The notes under the pieces: generated by a model
Databases searched by the model: none
The model's input: only the letters and a program-made list of their open reading frames with translations
What the model was told of the DNA's origin: nothing
NCBI GenBank assembly: GCA_903843285.1
Contig: CAIMPC010000062.1
Location: 8,895-72,894, forward strand
Direction of reading: 5' to 3'
Origin: Candidatus Omnitrophota bacterium
Lineage (GTDB): Bacteria > Omnitrophota > Gorgyraeia > 2-01-FULL-45-10
DNA length: 64,000 nt
Made by a program: the position numbers and the translations under genes
Part shown: piece by piece, positions 17,093 through 26,799 of the stretch
Layout of the letters: each line of letters opens with the position of its first letter
Position numbering within the stretch: the first letter of the stretch is position 1

Positions 17093-19276
17093 TCAGATCA
17101 TTGAGGGCATAGTCAGCGCCGGATGGCCGACTTTAGTCAGATAGTCGACGAGAGCCGCTGTATCCGTAGCCACGGTCTCATCCGCTATCTTATCCAATAG
17201 ATCCGGCTCTCCAATCTCTTTAGCCCTAATTTTCAGCTTGTCAGCGAGGGATTCCTTCATTTCCTTCGTCATCCACACCACTCGCTTCAATCCGCCCTCA
17301 GCGGATATAAACTTTTTACTAACCACATATAGCCTACCGACACCGAGAAACCCGGGCGTCTGTACCCCTCCGCCTACGGTGCTGGCAAGGGTCGTAAACT
17401 TCATTCCGGAGGGCGTAGGTCCAGTATACTCACGATTGACTACCATCACGCCATTGGCCTCAGGAACTATCGCCACTACGCACTCGAAGCATCCGCACGA
17501 TGTCATGGGCGATTCCATTATCGAATATGCGGCCATCTGAGTAGTGCGTTGGTGCGAGCTATCGGTGACAAAATTATTAACACCCTCCCAAATCCCCTTA
17601 TTCAGGTCTATCTCTTTCCCCTTTTTTATGGGCTGGTTTCCGCCGGTGGGTGTTATCTCATGTGCGGCCTTCGCATCGAGCCATGAGTATGCGCCACACA
17701 ATCCCAGCCTTTCCGGGCTCACCACGCAGACGTGATCGGGCGCGAAACTCTGGCATAGCGTACAGCTATAGAATGTATCGACCGATTCGTCCGTCATCCC
17801 AGCTATTCTATTATCTCTGGCTTCATAAACTCCCTTTACTTCCGGCAATAATCTATCTACGTCAGCCTGGGTTGTGTATATCGTAACCTGGACTTTATCT
17901 ATAATCGCACCATATTCATCATGTAGTTTTGCGACCAGTATGTCTCCAAGGTGATGCATTTTAAAGCCGGCCTTTCTGGCATCCTTAGATATGCGCACCC
18001 AATTCATATCACGCTGGCCCATATGGAATATGCCCATGGCATAATTCAGAAACTTATGTATCTGACGTTCGAGTATCGGCTCAAACTCGGCGCTCATCTT
18101 CCTCCCGGCAACCTCTATCAATATGCCAAGCGGATGACTGGAACCCTCCTCCATATGATTTACTTCCGGCCCGACCACGGCGACCTTACGGTCTTCTACC
18201 TGGTCCATCTTCTTCATCCTGAGATATTCGAATGCCTTTGAGTCCTTGCCGCCGAACTGCACGAACATATCGGCCTTCCTGACACGTTCGCCCTCGAACG
18301 CCGCTGAGAATGGAACGGGCACCGGAACCTGCGCCACCTTAACCTTTATCCCGCGCGCTTCGATAGCCGTAGGTACGATCTTTCCATAATCATTCTGGCT
18401 GACTAAACACTCTTCGTGTGCGCATACACCGGACGACTTTATCTCGGGAAGATCCAGATCGGTTATTATAGGCACTCCCGCGGCTAACGCTCCGGCGCCG
18501 GCGGCGGCCTTTATCTCGTCCACGCCTCCCAAAAGTAATACAAACGCCGGCACTCTATTTCTCACATAGTCGACGCAGGCGCTGGCATTACCTGCCTTTA
18601 TACCGCCAAATGTGAGCGCGGCTCTTATAGCGAAGTTCAGAACATAAACGACAGAGGCCGTATCCCTTCCGAACGGCACAACATAGCTTTCGAGACCCGT
18701 ATGCAGACCCCCTTCTTTCAGCTGATCGATAATACTAACACCGTCGACACTGTCACCGATAAGAGTAAGAATATTCCTCTTCTGGAGATCTCGCACGATA
18801 TTGACGGCGGTCTTCGCATCCGGCGCTTTCCCTAACACAACGGCTATCCCCGAAATCCTGCCATCTACGAGCTGAATACCGAGCGATCTTAACAGTGTAT
18901 CCGAGAAGAAACCGGAGCAACCGGCCTGCGGCTGGGTGCCATAAAGATATCCGAGGGCGCATAAAATTTCCGCAGATAGTATGGTAGCTACGCCGCCGCT
19001 CAGCGCTTCAGTTAATTTGACATCCCGGCCTAAGGCGTTGGGCAGAAAGGTCTTCGCTTTATCGAGAATCTTTTTAGCATCACTAAGATTTCTGGCCTCG
19101 GAGCCAAGTAAAGCATTTGCCAGCGGCAAGTAAAACGCAGTCTCAGGAAACGCTATGGCCTGGGCTTCGCCCTTATCTTTAATAGCTTTAATTAATTCTC
19201 CATCGGCAAGATCTACGACCGACCTTGCGCCTTTGACCATCAAACCGGCTACATCCTGAACGGTAATTTTTGACAT
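17093..19276 (-). CDS. acsB: acetyl-CoA synthase (bacterial type, with N-terminal domain)
   Basis: FPETAFYLP, and intact A-cluster ligands YSCTLCQSFAPDHVC, ERLGLCGA, PMTSCGCFEC; GGGVQTPGF. Confidence 0.97.
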   Translation of the reverse strand: MSKITVQDVAGLMVKGARSVVDLADGELIKAIKDKGEAQAIAFPETAFYLPLANALLGSEARNLSDAKKILDKAKTFLPNALGRDVKLTEALSGGVATILSAEILCALGYLYGTQPQAGCSGFFSDTLLRSLGIQLVDGRISGIAVVLGKAPDAKTAVNIVRDLQKRNILTLIGDSVDGVSIIDQLKEGGLHTGLESYVVPFGRDTASVVYVLNFAIRAALTFGGIKAGNASACVDYVRNRVPAFVLLLGGVDEIKAAAGAGALAAGVPIITDLDLPEIKSSGVCAHEECLVSQNDYGKIVPTAIEARGIKVKVAQVPVPVPFSAAFEGERVRKADMFVQFGGKDSKAFEYLRMKKMDQVEDRKVAVVGPEVNHMEEGSSHPLGILIEVAGRKMSAEFEPILERQIHKFLNYAMGIFHMGQRDMNWVRISKDARKAGFKMHHLGDILVAKLHDEYGAIIDKVQVTIYTTQADVDRLLPEVKGVYEARDNRIAGMTDESVDTFYSCTLCQSFAPDHVCVVSPERLGLCGAYSWLDAKAAHEITPTGGNQPIKKGKEIDLNKGIWEGVNNFVTDSSHQRTTQMAAYSIMESPMTSCGCFECVVAIVPEANGVMVVNREYTGPTPSGMKFTTLASTVGGGVQTPGFLGVGRLYVVSKKFISAEGGLKRVVWMTKEMKESLADKLKIRAKEIGEPDLLDKIADETVATDTAALVDYLTKVGHPALTMPSMI

Positions 19277-19300
19277 AAATAATTATTGGCTCCTATATAA

Positions 19301-20167
19301 TTATAATCCGGCGGCATCCAGAACCATCGGCACTTTCCTGTCCCACCCTATTGGCATGATGTGTATGCCTTGGCATAAAGGCCTGAGTTCTTTAATAAGC
19401 CGCGTGGAGATACCGATAGAGGAAGCGCTTCTATCCTTAGCGCTTTCCATCTCTTCTATAATATCATCAGGCACATGTACGCCCGATACGTTATCATTCA
19501 TAAAACGCGCCATGCCTGCGGATTTCAATAAGACTATACCGGCCAATATCGGCACATTCAGGTGCTTTGTCAGGCGCGCAAAATTCTTAAATATATCGAC
19601 GTCATACACAGCCTGTGTCTGAAAAAATTTCGCTCCGTTTGCAATCTTTTGTTCCATCTTAATTATTTCCGGCTCTATGGGATCCGCTCCGGGATTAACC
19701 ACGGCTCCGAGACAAAATTCGGGCGTTCCTCTCAGGGGATTACCCTTCATGTCCTTACCTTCCTGCAGACCCATTGCCACTTTAAGCAGTTGGACGCTGT
19801 TAAGGTCAAATACGGGCTTCGACTCCGGATGATCGCCGAGAGTCGGGTAATCCCCGGTAAGTATAAGGACGTTTTTTATTCCGAGAATACCTGCCGAGAG
19901 CAGATCTGACTGCAGTGCAAGGCGGTTCCTATCACGACAGGTCACCTGAAGTATCGGTTCGATGCCAATGTCCATTAAAAGATGGCTCAGCACCAACGAT
20001 CCTGCCCTCATTACAGAGCTCTGAAGATCGGTCACATTCACGGCATCCACCCTATCTTTGATCAAAGAGACATCGTCAATAACCATCTTCACATCTATGC
20101 CTTTTGGCGGAGCGATCTCGCTGGTTACAATGAATTTACCCGACTTAAGTTTTTCGCAAAATGTCAT
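19301..20167 (-). CDS. metF: methylenetetrahydrofolate reductase
   Basis: TSEIAPPKG, VNVTD, TCRDRNRLALQSDL, LTGDYP, FFQTQAVYD, GIHIM. Confidence 0.93.
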   Translation of the reverse strand: MTFCEKLKSGKFIVTSEIAPPKGIDVKMVIDDVSLIKDRVDAVNVTDLQSSVMRAGSLVLSHLLMDIGIEPILQVTCRDRNRLALQSDLLSAGILGIKNVLILTGDYPTLGDHPESKPVFDLNSVQLLKVAMGLQEGKDMKGNPLRGTPEFCLGAVVNPGADPIEPEIIKMEQKIANGAKFFQTQAVYDVDIFKNFARLTKHLNVPILAGIVLLKSAGMARFMNDNVSGVHVPDDIIEEMESAKDRSASSIGISTRLIKELRPLCQGIHIMPIGWDRKVPMVLDAAGL

Positions 20168-21037
20168 CTATAGCTTTTCCGCGCGCGCCTGCGCTTTAAA
20201 CTGCTCGATCGTATTCCTCATCAGCATAATCGTAGTAAGAGGTCCGACGCCACCCGGGACCGGCGTTATGAAAGATGCCTTCGTCTCGGCGCTATCGAAT
20301 TCGACGTCACCCATTATCTTATCCCCGACCTTATTTATCCCCACATCTATTACTATGGCACCGGGCGATATCCAATCGCCTTTGATTAGCCCGGCTTTTC
20401 CTACGGCAACGATCAGAATTTCGGCGCGCTTCACATGGTCAGCCAGATGCCCGAGCTGGCTTGTAGCGATATGGCATATCGTCGTGGTAGCAAAATTATT
20501 GACGAGCATGAGCGAGATCGGCTTACCTACGATATCGGAGTGGCCCACGACTACGGCCTCTTTACCGTACAGCTTCACCCCCGTGGATACCAACAGCTCC
20601 ATAATAGCCATTGATGTGCATGGACCTATCGAATACTTTCCGAGAACTATCTTCCCTATATTCTTCGGATGCATCCCTTCCGCATCCTTTTCGGGCGCTA
20701 TCAGGCCGGATATCTTAGCGGCGTCGATCTCGCCCGGCACCGGCAGTTGTAATATCATGGCCGTCACCGACCGATCTTCGTTCAGGTCGTTTACAGCCTT
20801 CTCCGCCGCGGCCTGCGACGTGCCCTCCGGAAGGCTTCTCAGCTCATACTCTATGCCTAACGATTCTGCGGCCTTCTTTTGATTCCTTATATAGACTTCT
20901 GAGGAGGCATTCTCGCCTATCTGAAGCGCTACCAGCCTCGGCGATACGCCACGCTCAGCCTTAAGCTCTATTACCTCCTGTGCCAGAAGGGCCCTGATCT
21001 TTTCCGCAATCGGTTTACCTTCCAGTAATTTTGCCAT
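20168..21037 (-). CDS. folD: methylene-THF dehydrogenase/cyclohydrolase
   Basis: YIRNQKK, ILQLPVP, PEKDAEG, PCT, VGKP, IDVGIN, GDVEF, ITPVPGGVGPLT. Confidence 0.95.
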   Translation of the reverse strand: MAKLLEGKPIAEKIRALLAQEVIELKAERGVSPRLVALQIGENASSEVYIRNQKKAAESLGIEYELRSLPEGTSQAAAEKAVNDLNEDRSVTAMILQLPVPGEIDAAKISGLIAPEKDAEGMHPKNIGKIVLGKYSIGPCTSMAIMELLVSTGVKLYGKEAVVVGHSDIVGKPISLMLVNNFATTTICHIATSQLGHLADHVKRAEILIVAVGKAGLIKGDWISPGAIVIDVGINKVGDKIMGDVEFDSAETKASFITPVPGGVGPLTTIMLMRNTIEQFKAQARAEKL

Positions 21038-21060
21038 GTAAGGATCCTTTCATCCATAAG

Positions 21061-21669
21061 CTATGAAATGATTATCTCTTCGCACATCTCCAGTATATCT
21101 TCCCTGAGTTTCGGCATCTCTTCTTCCATGGGGGCCAGGACATGATGTATTTTGGCAATGTAGTCCGTATCGCTTATGTTCTTCAGATTGACATAAACAT
21201 TGAATCTGGCCGCCAGGAACGAGGCGTCGAATAACGTTACGGCTATGGCTGTATCCGTTATCAAATTCTTATTGCCGAATTCGGCCAAATCACGGCATAG
21301 CTTAATGCATTTATTCGATATTTTGCAAACCAGAAACGGCGATTCCAGCGCACTCTTATAAAATTCATCCAGCCGGGCGCTGTCATTGTGCGTCTCTTTT
21401 AATGCGAGCACTAATTTCTTATAAGCATCTATATCGGCATCTATAAGAGCCCTGAGCTCTGAATCGAACTTCTGCGCTTCCAGCAGGATGCCGGCGACAT
21501 TGCATTCCACATCTTTATATTCCGGCTTACCGATAGTAAAATTTGCAACCATGGACAAAAGAGACGTCCCGATCGAAGCCGTGAGAGCGGCCGCGCTTCC
21601 GCCGCCCGGCGTCGGCTTCTTAGAGGCAAGGTCATCCAAATATTCACTAAGCGGCCTATCTATGTACAT
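21061..21669 (-). CDS. fchA: formiminoTHF cyclodeaminase / methenyl-THF cyclohydrolase
   Basis: LASKKPTPGGGSAAA, GNKNLITD, NVYVNL; ATG follows GGAGG. Confidence 0.88.
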   Translation of the reverse strand: MYIDRPLSEYLDDLASKKPTPGGGSAAALTASIGTSLLSMVANFTIGKPEYKDVECNVAGILLEAQKFDSELRALIDADIDAYKKLVLALKETHNDSARLDEFYKSALESPFLVCKISNKCIKLCRDLAEFGNKNLITDTAIAVTLFDASFLAARFNVYVNLKNISDTDYIAKIHHVLAPMEEEMPKLREDILEMCEEIIIS

Positions 21670-23350
21670 ATCGGATCCTCCCTTTCGCATCAATATCTAT
21701 ATTCTCTCCGCAGGGATGCGCCGGTAAGCTGGGCATGGTAAGCATCTTCCCGCATAACGCATAGAGAAATCCGGCTCCGATAGAGGGTTTGACGTCCCTG
21801 ACGGGCAACACGAAATTTCTTGGCGCGCCCTTCAACTTTGGATCGTGTGACAACGATAGATGCGTCTTCGCCATACATACAGGGATCTTATTGAATCCGA
21901 ACTTCTCATAAAGCGCGATACTCTCTAATGCGGCCGGTTCAAAATGAACACTCTTTGCGCCGTAAACCTTCTTGGCTATCGTCTCGATCTTCTCTTTTAT
22001 GGAAATGTCCAGCGGATATAAATATCTAAATTTACTATTTCCACGGCATGCTTCGACGACTGCCCCTGCCAGGGCCGTAGCGCCCCGCGAGCCATACCTG
22101 TAGCAGTCATTGACAACGCAGTTAAAAGCGCCCGCAGCCAGCGCCTTCTTTCTGAGGGCATTGATCTCCCTGTCGGTATCGGTCTTAAAGCGATTAATAG
22201 CTACTATGCACGGCACACCATAAAGCCTGGAGTTCTCTATCTGTTTTTCTAAGTTTGTGCATCCGGCCTCGAGGGCCTCTACATTCTCTTTGGTAATGCA
22301 TTTTTCCAGGGGATTACCGACTACCATTTTATAAATTCCGGAATGTATCTTCAGCGCTCTGACGGAACAAACCAGAACCACGGCATCGGGCTTAAGGCCG
22401 CTCGTCCTGCACTTTATATTGGCAAACTTTTCGAGTCCGCAGTCTGCGCCAAAGCCCGCCTCAGTGACTACGTAATCGGCCAGATTCAGCGCCATCACAT
22501 CGGCGATTATAGAGCTATTGCCATGCGTTATATTTGCAAACGGCCCCGTATGAATAAAACATGGCGTGTTTTCAATGGTCTGGACGAGGCTCGGTTTTAT
22601 CGCCTCTCTCAATAACAGCGCCATCGAGCCGGCCACTTTTAAGTCTTCAGCGGTCACAGGCTTCTTATTTTTAGTCAGCCCTATCACGATTTTGGATAAT
22701 CTCTCGCGCATATCTTTTATCGAATCCGTAAGCGCAAGGATAGCCATTATTTCGCTTGCCGCAGTTATATCAAAACCCGTGTCGCGCTCGACGCCGTCCT
22801 GTTCGTCTCCTCCAAGGCCTATCCTCACATTTCGAAGCGCGCGATCGTTTGTATCCACAACCCTTCTCCAATAAATCCTGTCTTTATCTATATTGAGAGG
22901 ATTGCCTCTGAAGAGATGATTATCGATAAATGCCGCGCAAAGGTTGTGCGCCTGGCCCACAGCATGAATATCGCCGGTGAGATGCATATTTATATCGTCC
23001 ATCGGCAAAACCTGAGAATAACCGCCGCCCACACCGCCGCCCTTAATCCCAAAAAATGGGCCAAGCGATGGTTGCCTCAGGCAGGCTACAGCTTTTTCAC
23101 CGATACGGTTTAAGGCCATTGAAAGGCCTATGGTCGTTACGGTCTTACCCTCGCCTAAATGCGTAGGCGTTATACCGGTCACGACCACGTATTTGCCCTT
23201 AGTTTTTCTGCGCTTTTTCAATAAATCTAATGATATCTTGGCCTTAAGATCCCCGTATAGTTCGAGGCAACCCTTTGGTATGCCGAGAGATGCGGCAATA
23301 TGCGTAATCGGCTTCAGTTTTGCTTTTTGGGCGATCTCGATATCTGTCAT
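21656..23350 (-). CDS. fhs: formate--tetrahydrofolate ligase
   Basis: TPTHLGEGKT, LRQPSLGP, GGGYSQVLP, HLTGDIHA, HTGPFANI, VTEAGFGAD, CMAKTHLSLS. Confidence 0.97.
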   Translation of the reverse strand: MTDIEIAQKAKLKPITHIAASLGIPKGCLELYGDLKAKISLDLLKKRRKTKGKYVVVTGITPTHLGEGKTVTTIGLSMALNRIGEKAVACLRQPSLGPFFGIKGGGVGGGYSQVLPMDDINMHLTGDIHAVGQAHNLCAAFIDNHLFRGNPLNIDKDRIYWRRVVDTNDRALRNVRIGLGGDEQDGVERDTGFDITAASEIMAILALTDSIKDMRERLSKIVIGLTKNKKPVTAEDLKVAGSMALLLREAIKPSLVQTIENTPCFIHTGPFANITHGNSSIIADVMALNLADYVVTEAGFGADCGLEKFANIKCRTSGLKPDAVVLVCSVRALKIHSGIYKMVVGNPLEKCITKENVEALEAGCTNLEKQIENSRLYGVPCIVAINRFKTDTDREINALRKKALAAGAFNCVVNDCYRYGSRGATALAGAVVEACRGNSKFRYLYPLDISIKEKIETIAKKVYGAKSVHFEPAALESIALYEKFGFNKIPVCMAKTHLSLSHDPKLKGAPRNFVLPVRDVKPSIGAGFLYALCGKMLTMPSLPAHPCGENIDIDAKGRIRYVHR

Positions 23351-23398
23351 ATTTAGCCTTAGGTTATAATAATATATTAGTTCATTATGGACGGGTTT

Positions 23399-23451
23399 AT
23401 TCTAATATAAAGGCCTGGTGGGGTCAATACAATTTGCTTCTAATTTGCTTC
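23399..23451 (-). promoter_or_regulatory. sigma70-like promoter of the fhs-acs cluster with upstream tandem direct repeat
   Basis: TTGACC-17nt-TAGAAT (23427-23399), preceded by GAAGCAAATT twice at 11-bp period (23431-23440, 23442-23451). Confidence 0.65.
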
Positions 23452-23459
23452 CGAATAAC

Positions 23460-24080
23460 TTACTTTATGAGTGATTTGACCGGGCCAAATGTCTTACGAT
23501 GGATCGGCGATACGCCATTATCTGCCAACGCTTTTTTATGCGCCTTTGTGGGGTAGCCTTTATGCCGCGCAAATCCGTACTGGGGGAATGTTTTATCGTA
23601 CTCTTTCATGATGCGGTCCCGCGTCACCTTTGCCACGATCGATGCCGCCGCTATGGACATGCTCAATGAATCACCTCTGATAATGCATTTTACGGGACAT
23701 TTAGCGGGAAGATTAACTCTGCCATCGACGATTATAAAATCCGGAGGCGTAGATAGTTTCGATAGCGCCTCTTCCATGGCTCTTATCGTGGCTTTATAAA
23801 TATTGATCTCATCGATCACCTTCTCGTCCGCCATGCCTATGCCAACTATGGCCTTACTGAAGATCTCATCGTAAGCCCGCTCCCTCATTTTAGGGGTAAG
23901 CTTCTTAGAGTCATCTATCCGCGCTTTAAATGAGAAATCCTTCAGAATAACGGCACCGGCAACGACAGGGCCGGCCAAGGGACCCCGGCCGGCCTCGTCT
24001 ACGCCTGCTATTAACTTATATCCCTGACTACTTAGCCTCTTCTCGTGGCTTAGCAGCTGTCTGGTCTTGCGAATGGCCAT
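23460..24080 (-). CDS. rnhB: ribonuclease HII
   Basis: GVDEAGRGPLAGPVV, DDSKKL, IAAASIVAKVTRD, HKGYPT. Confidence 0.97.
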   Translation of the reverse strand: MAIRKTRQLLSHEKRLSSQGYKLIAGVDEAGRGPLAGPVVAGAVILKDFSFKARIDDSKKLTPKMRERAYDEIFSKAIVGIGMADEKVIDEINIYKATIRAMEEALSKLSTPPDFIIVDGRVNLPAKCPVKCIIRGDSLSMSIAAASIVAKVTRDRIMKEYDKTFPQYGFARHKGYPTKAHKKALADNGVSPIHRKTFGPVKSLIK

Positions 24081-24426
24081 GCGACACCTTCTCTTCGACC
24101 TTGGACTCTTTTCCGACTTTACGCTTTAAGTAGTAAAGCTTTGCCCTGTTAACATCGCCCTTCTTTACAACCTTTATCTTATCAATAGATGGCGAGTGAA
24201 GAGGAAAGACCATCTCGACACCCTCACCATACGATACCTTACGCATCGTAATGGTTTCGGTAAGGCCTGACCCGGCGCGCGCTATGATAACGCCTTCGAA
24301 GGTCTGGATGCGCGACTTCCCTTCTTCGACTATCTTCAGCTGTACGTCGAGCGTATCGCCGATATCGAACTCAGATATGTCTTTCTTCAGGAATTTTGAC
24401 TCTACAAATTTAATCATATCTTCCAT
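24028..24426 (-). CDS. rplS: 50S ribosomal protein L19
   Basis: RIQTFEGVIIA, RKVSYGEGVE, FPLHSP, RAKLYYL. Start set at MEDMIK because the track's extension is translated repeat DNA. Confidence 0.95.
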   Translation of the reverse strand: MEDMIKFVESKFLKKDISEFDIGDTLDVQLKIVEEGKSRIQTFEGVIIARAGSGLTETITMRKVSYGEGVEMVFPLHSPSIDKIKVVKKGDVNRAKLYYLKRKVGKESKVEEKVSHGHSQDQTAAKPREEAK

Positions 24427-24449
24427 GTTACTATCCTTTCTTTTTGTTT

Positions 24450-24563
24450 TGTCATCCTGAACCCGCCGGAGCTTTAGTAGCGGGTGAAGGATCTGGACGC
24501 GTAGATTCTTCGTCGGGCTAAAGCCCTCCTCAGAATGACACACGCAATTCTATGACCAAACTA
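24450..24563. repeat. GTCAT-type composite palindromic repeat
   Basis: TGTCATCCTGA...AAGGATCT..AGATTCTTCG...TCAGAATGACA inverted pair with internal hairpins, plus conserved flank. Confidence 0.88.
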
Positions 24564-25244
24564 TCACTTCTTCCTTAACAGATCAGGTCTTCTCTGTCTA
24601 GTTCTCTTCACTGCCTCTTTCGCACGCCAATCATCTATCTTCTTATGGTCACCGGACAATAGAATGTCCGGAACCTTCATGCCCTTAAATTCTGCCGGAC
24701 GAGTATATTGCGGATACTCTAAAAAATCGTTCTCAAATGACTCCGATGCGGTCGAATCGCCGGAGCCCAGCACGCCCGGTATCAATCTCGTAACCGAATC
24801 TATAAGCACCATCGCGGGTAACTCACCGCATGTCAATATATAGTCGCCTACCGAGATCTCCTCATCGACCAGAGATCTTACCCTTTCGTCGACGCCTTCA
24901 TAATGGCCGCATATAAGAATGAGCTCTTTTTCTTTAGCAAATCTTTTTACTGTCTTCTGATCGAGCTTTATACCCTGAGGCGTAAGCAGTATAACTTTTG
25001 CGCCGCTTCCTTCAGAGGACTTAATATCCTTAAGCGCTAAATATACCGGCTCTACCTTCATCACCATTCCGGGCCCGCCGCCGAACGGTTTATCGTCAGC
25101 GCTGTGATGATTGTCGAAGGTCCAATCTCTTAAGTCATGTATTTTAACCTTTAGAAAGCCCTTAGCCTGGGCCCTCTTAAGGATCGACTCACCAAGGACG
25201 CTGTCGAACATATTGGGAAAAAGAGTCAGGATGTCTATATACAT
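24564..25244 (-). CDS. trmD: tRNA (guanine37-N1)-methyltransferase
   Basis: DILTLFP, DDKPFGGGPGMVMK, CGHYEGVDER, GDYILTCGE, LEYPQYTRP. Confidence 0.97.
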   Translation of the reverse strand: MYIDILTLFPNMFDSVLGESILKRAQAKGFLKVKIHDLRDWTFDNHHSADDKPFGGGPGMVMKVEPVYLALKDIKSSEGSGAKVILLTPQGIKLDQKTVKRFAKEKELILICGHYEGVDERVRSLVDEEISVGDYILTCGELPAMVLIDSVTRLIPGVLGSGDSTASESFENDFLEYPQYTRPAEFKGMKVPDILLSGDHKKIDDWRAKEAVKRTRQRRPDLLRKK

Positions 25245-25272
25245 ACATTGCACTAGTTCATATAACTATAAA

Positions 25273-25524
25273 CTATGAACTGACCTTCACTCCCTGCTTC
25301 TTTAATAGAGTCCTTACCGCGGGAGACGGCTTAGCGCCTACGCTTATCCAATACTCAGCTCTGGCCTTATTAACCTTCACTGTTGCGGGATCGGTCTTAG
25401 GATCGTAGAAGCCCAATATATCTATTGGCCTCGAGTCCCTTGCCCTGCGTTTATCCATCACCACTATCTTATGTACGGGCTTCTTTAGAGCCCCTGCCCT
25501 CTTTAATCTGATTACTGCCGACAT
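25273..25524 (-). CDS. rpsP: 30S ribosomal protein S16
   Basis: IRLKRAG, IVVMDKRRARD, LGFYDP, YWISVGAKPS. Confidence 0.95.
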   Translation of the reverse strand: MSAVIRLKRAGALKKPVHKIVVMDKRRARDSRPIDILGFYDPKTDPATVKVNKARAEYWISVGAKPSPAVRTLLKKQGVKVSS

Positions 25525-25533
25525 TTATTCCTC

Positions 25534-26799
25534 CTATTTCTCTTTTTCTCTCCAGACATTAGCACCCAGCTTCACAAGCTTCTCTTCCAATCTTTCATAA
25601 CCTCTATCGAGATGATAGATTCTATGCACATCGGTCCTGCCTTCGGCGACCAGCCCTGCCAATACCAGCGCGGCTGATGCCCTTAAATCCGACGCCATAA
25701 CGGGCGCGCCGCTAAGGCTCTTAACTCCCTTAATAACGGCAGTCGCGCCTTCTAATATAATATCCGCGCCCATACGATTCAGCTCGCTTATATGTATAAA
25801 ACGCTCCGGATATATCTTCTCAGTTATGACACTTATTCCGTCGGTAACTGTCATAAGGCTCATCATCTGCGCCTGGATATCGGTCGGAAAACCGGGATAT
25901 GTGAGCGTCGTTATATCGGCCGGCTTTAATTTCTTTACGTGTTTAACTCTAAGTCCTGACGGAACTTTTTTTACACTCACGCCGGATTCCTCCAGCTTAT
26001 CCACTAAAGCTATCAGATGTTCGAGCTTAGCATTCTTAACAATGACATCCCCTTTAGTTATCGCGGCGGCCAACATATAAGTGCCGGCCTCGATACGATC
26101 GGGTATAACGGCATGCTCTGCGCCATGCAGTTTCTTAACGCCCTCGATTACTATCCTGTGCGTCGAATGCCCTTTTATCTTAGCACCCATCTTTATAAGA
26201 AAATGCGCCAGGTCCACAACCTCAGGCTCACATGCGGCATTCTCGATAACAGTGACACCTTTTGTCAGGGTCGCAGCCATCATGATATTTCCGGTGGCAA
26301 GGACGCTCGAACCGAAATGCCCACCCAAGTATATGTGGCTGCCGCGCATCTTACGTCCATCCGCTATCAGATAGCCCTTCTCGACCTTAATATTCACTCC
26401 CAGGGCTCTCAAACCCTTCAGATGAATATCTATCGGCCTGGGGCCTATAACGCATCCGCCCGGAAAAGATACCTCGGCCCTCTTCTGTTTTCCTAAGAGC
26501 GGGCCGAGCACGCAAATGGATGCGCGCATCGTGCTTACCAATTCGTAAGGGGCAATGAATTTCTTATATCCGGCGGCCTCTATGGTCGCCACATCGCTTT
26601 CCTGCTTCGCCTTAACATCAAGGTTCTTAAGTATCTTCAGCATCGTCGAAATATCGCGAAGTGTCGAAACATTCCTTATTACACATTTATCGTCGGTGAG
26701 CAGAGTAGCCGCAAGTATCGGCAGACATGCGTTCTTAGAGCCGCTTATCTCCACGGTTCCGGATAGACGTTTTGAACCCTCTATAACTAATTTATCCAT
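25534..26799 (-). CDS. murA: UDP-N-acetylglucosamine 1-carboxyvinyltransferase
   Basis: GSKNACLP, MRAS, PGGCVIGPRP, ENAACEPE, PDRIEAGT, YPGFPTD, DLRA, HLDRGYE. Confidence 0.97.
   Translation of the reverse strand: MDKLVIEGSKRLSGTVEISGSKNACLPILAATLLTDDKCVIRNVSTLRDISTMLKILKNLDVKAKQESDVATIEAAGYKKFIAPYELVSTMRASICVLGPLLGKQKRAEVSFPGGCVIGPRPIDIHLKGLRALGVNIKVEKGYLIADGRKMRGSHIYLGGHFGSSVLATGNIMMAATLTKGVTVIENAACEPEVVDLAHFLIKMGAKIKGHSTHRIVIEGVKKLHGAEHAVIPDRIEAGTYMLAAAITKGDVIVKNAKLEHLIALVDKLEESGVSVKKVPSGLRVKHVKKLKPADITTLTYPGFPTDIQAQMMSLMTVTDGISVITEKIYPERFIHISELNRMGADIILEGATAVIKGVKSLSGAPVMASDLRASAALVLAGLVAEGRTDVHRIYHLDRGYERLEEKLVKLGANVWREKEK

Noticed and set aside
23351-23398. THF, ZTP or cobalamin riboswitch ahead of fhs
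   Set aside because: Leader is under 50 nt and AT-rich, too short for these aptamers
24427-24543. 39-aa N-terminal extension of L19 in the ORF track
   Set aside because: It is the translation of the palindromic repeat; an AAGGA RBS precedes the ATG at 24426
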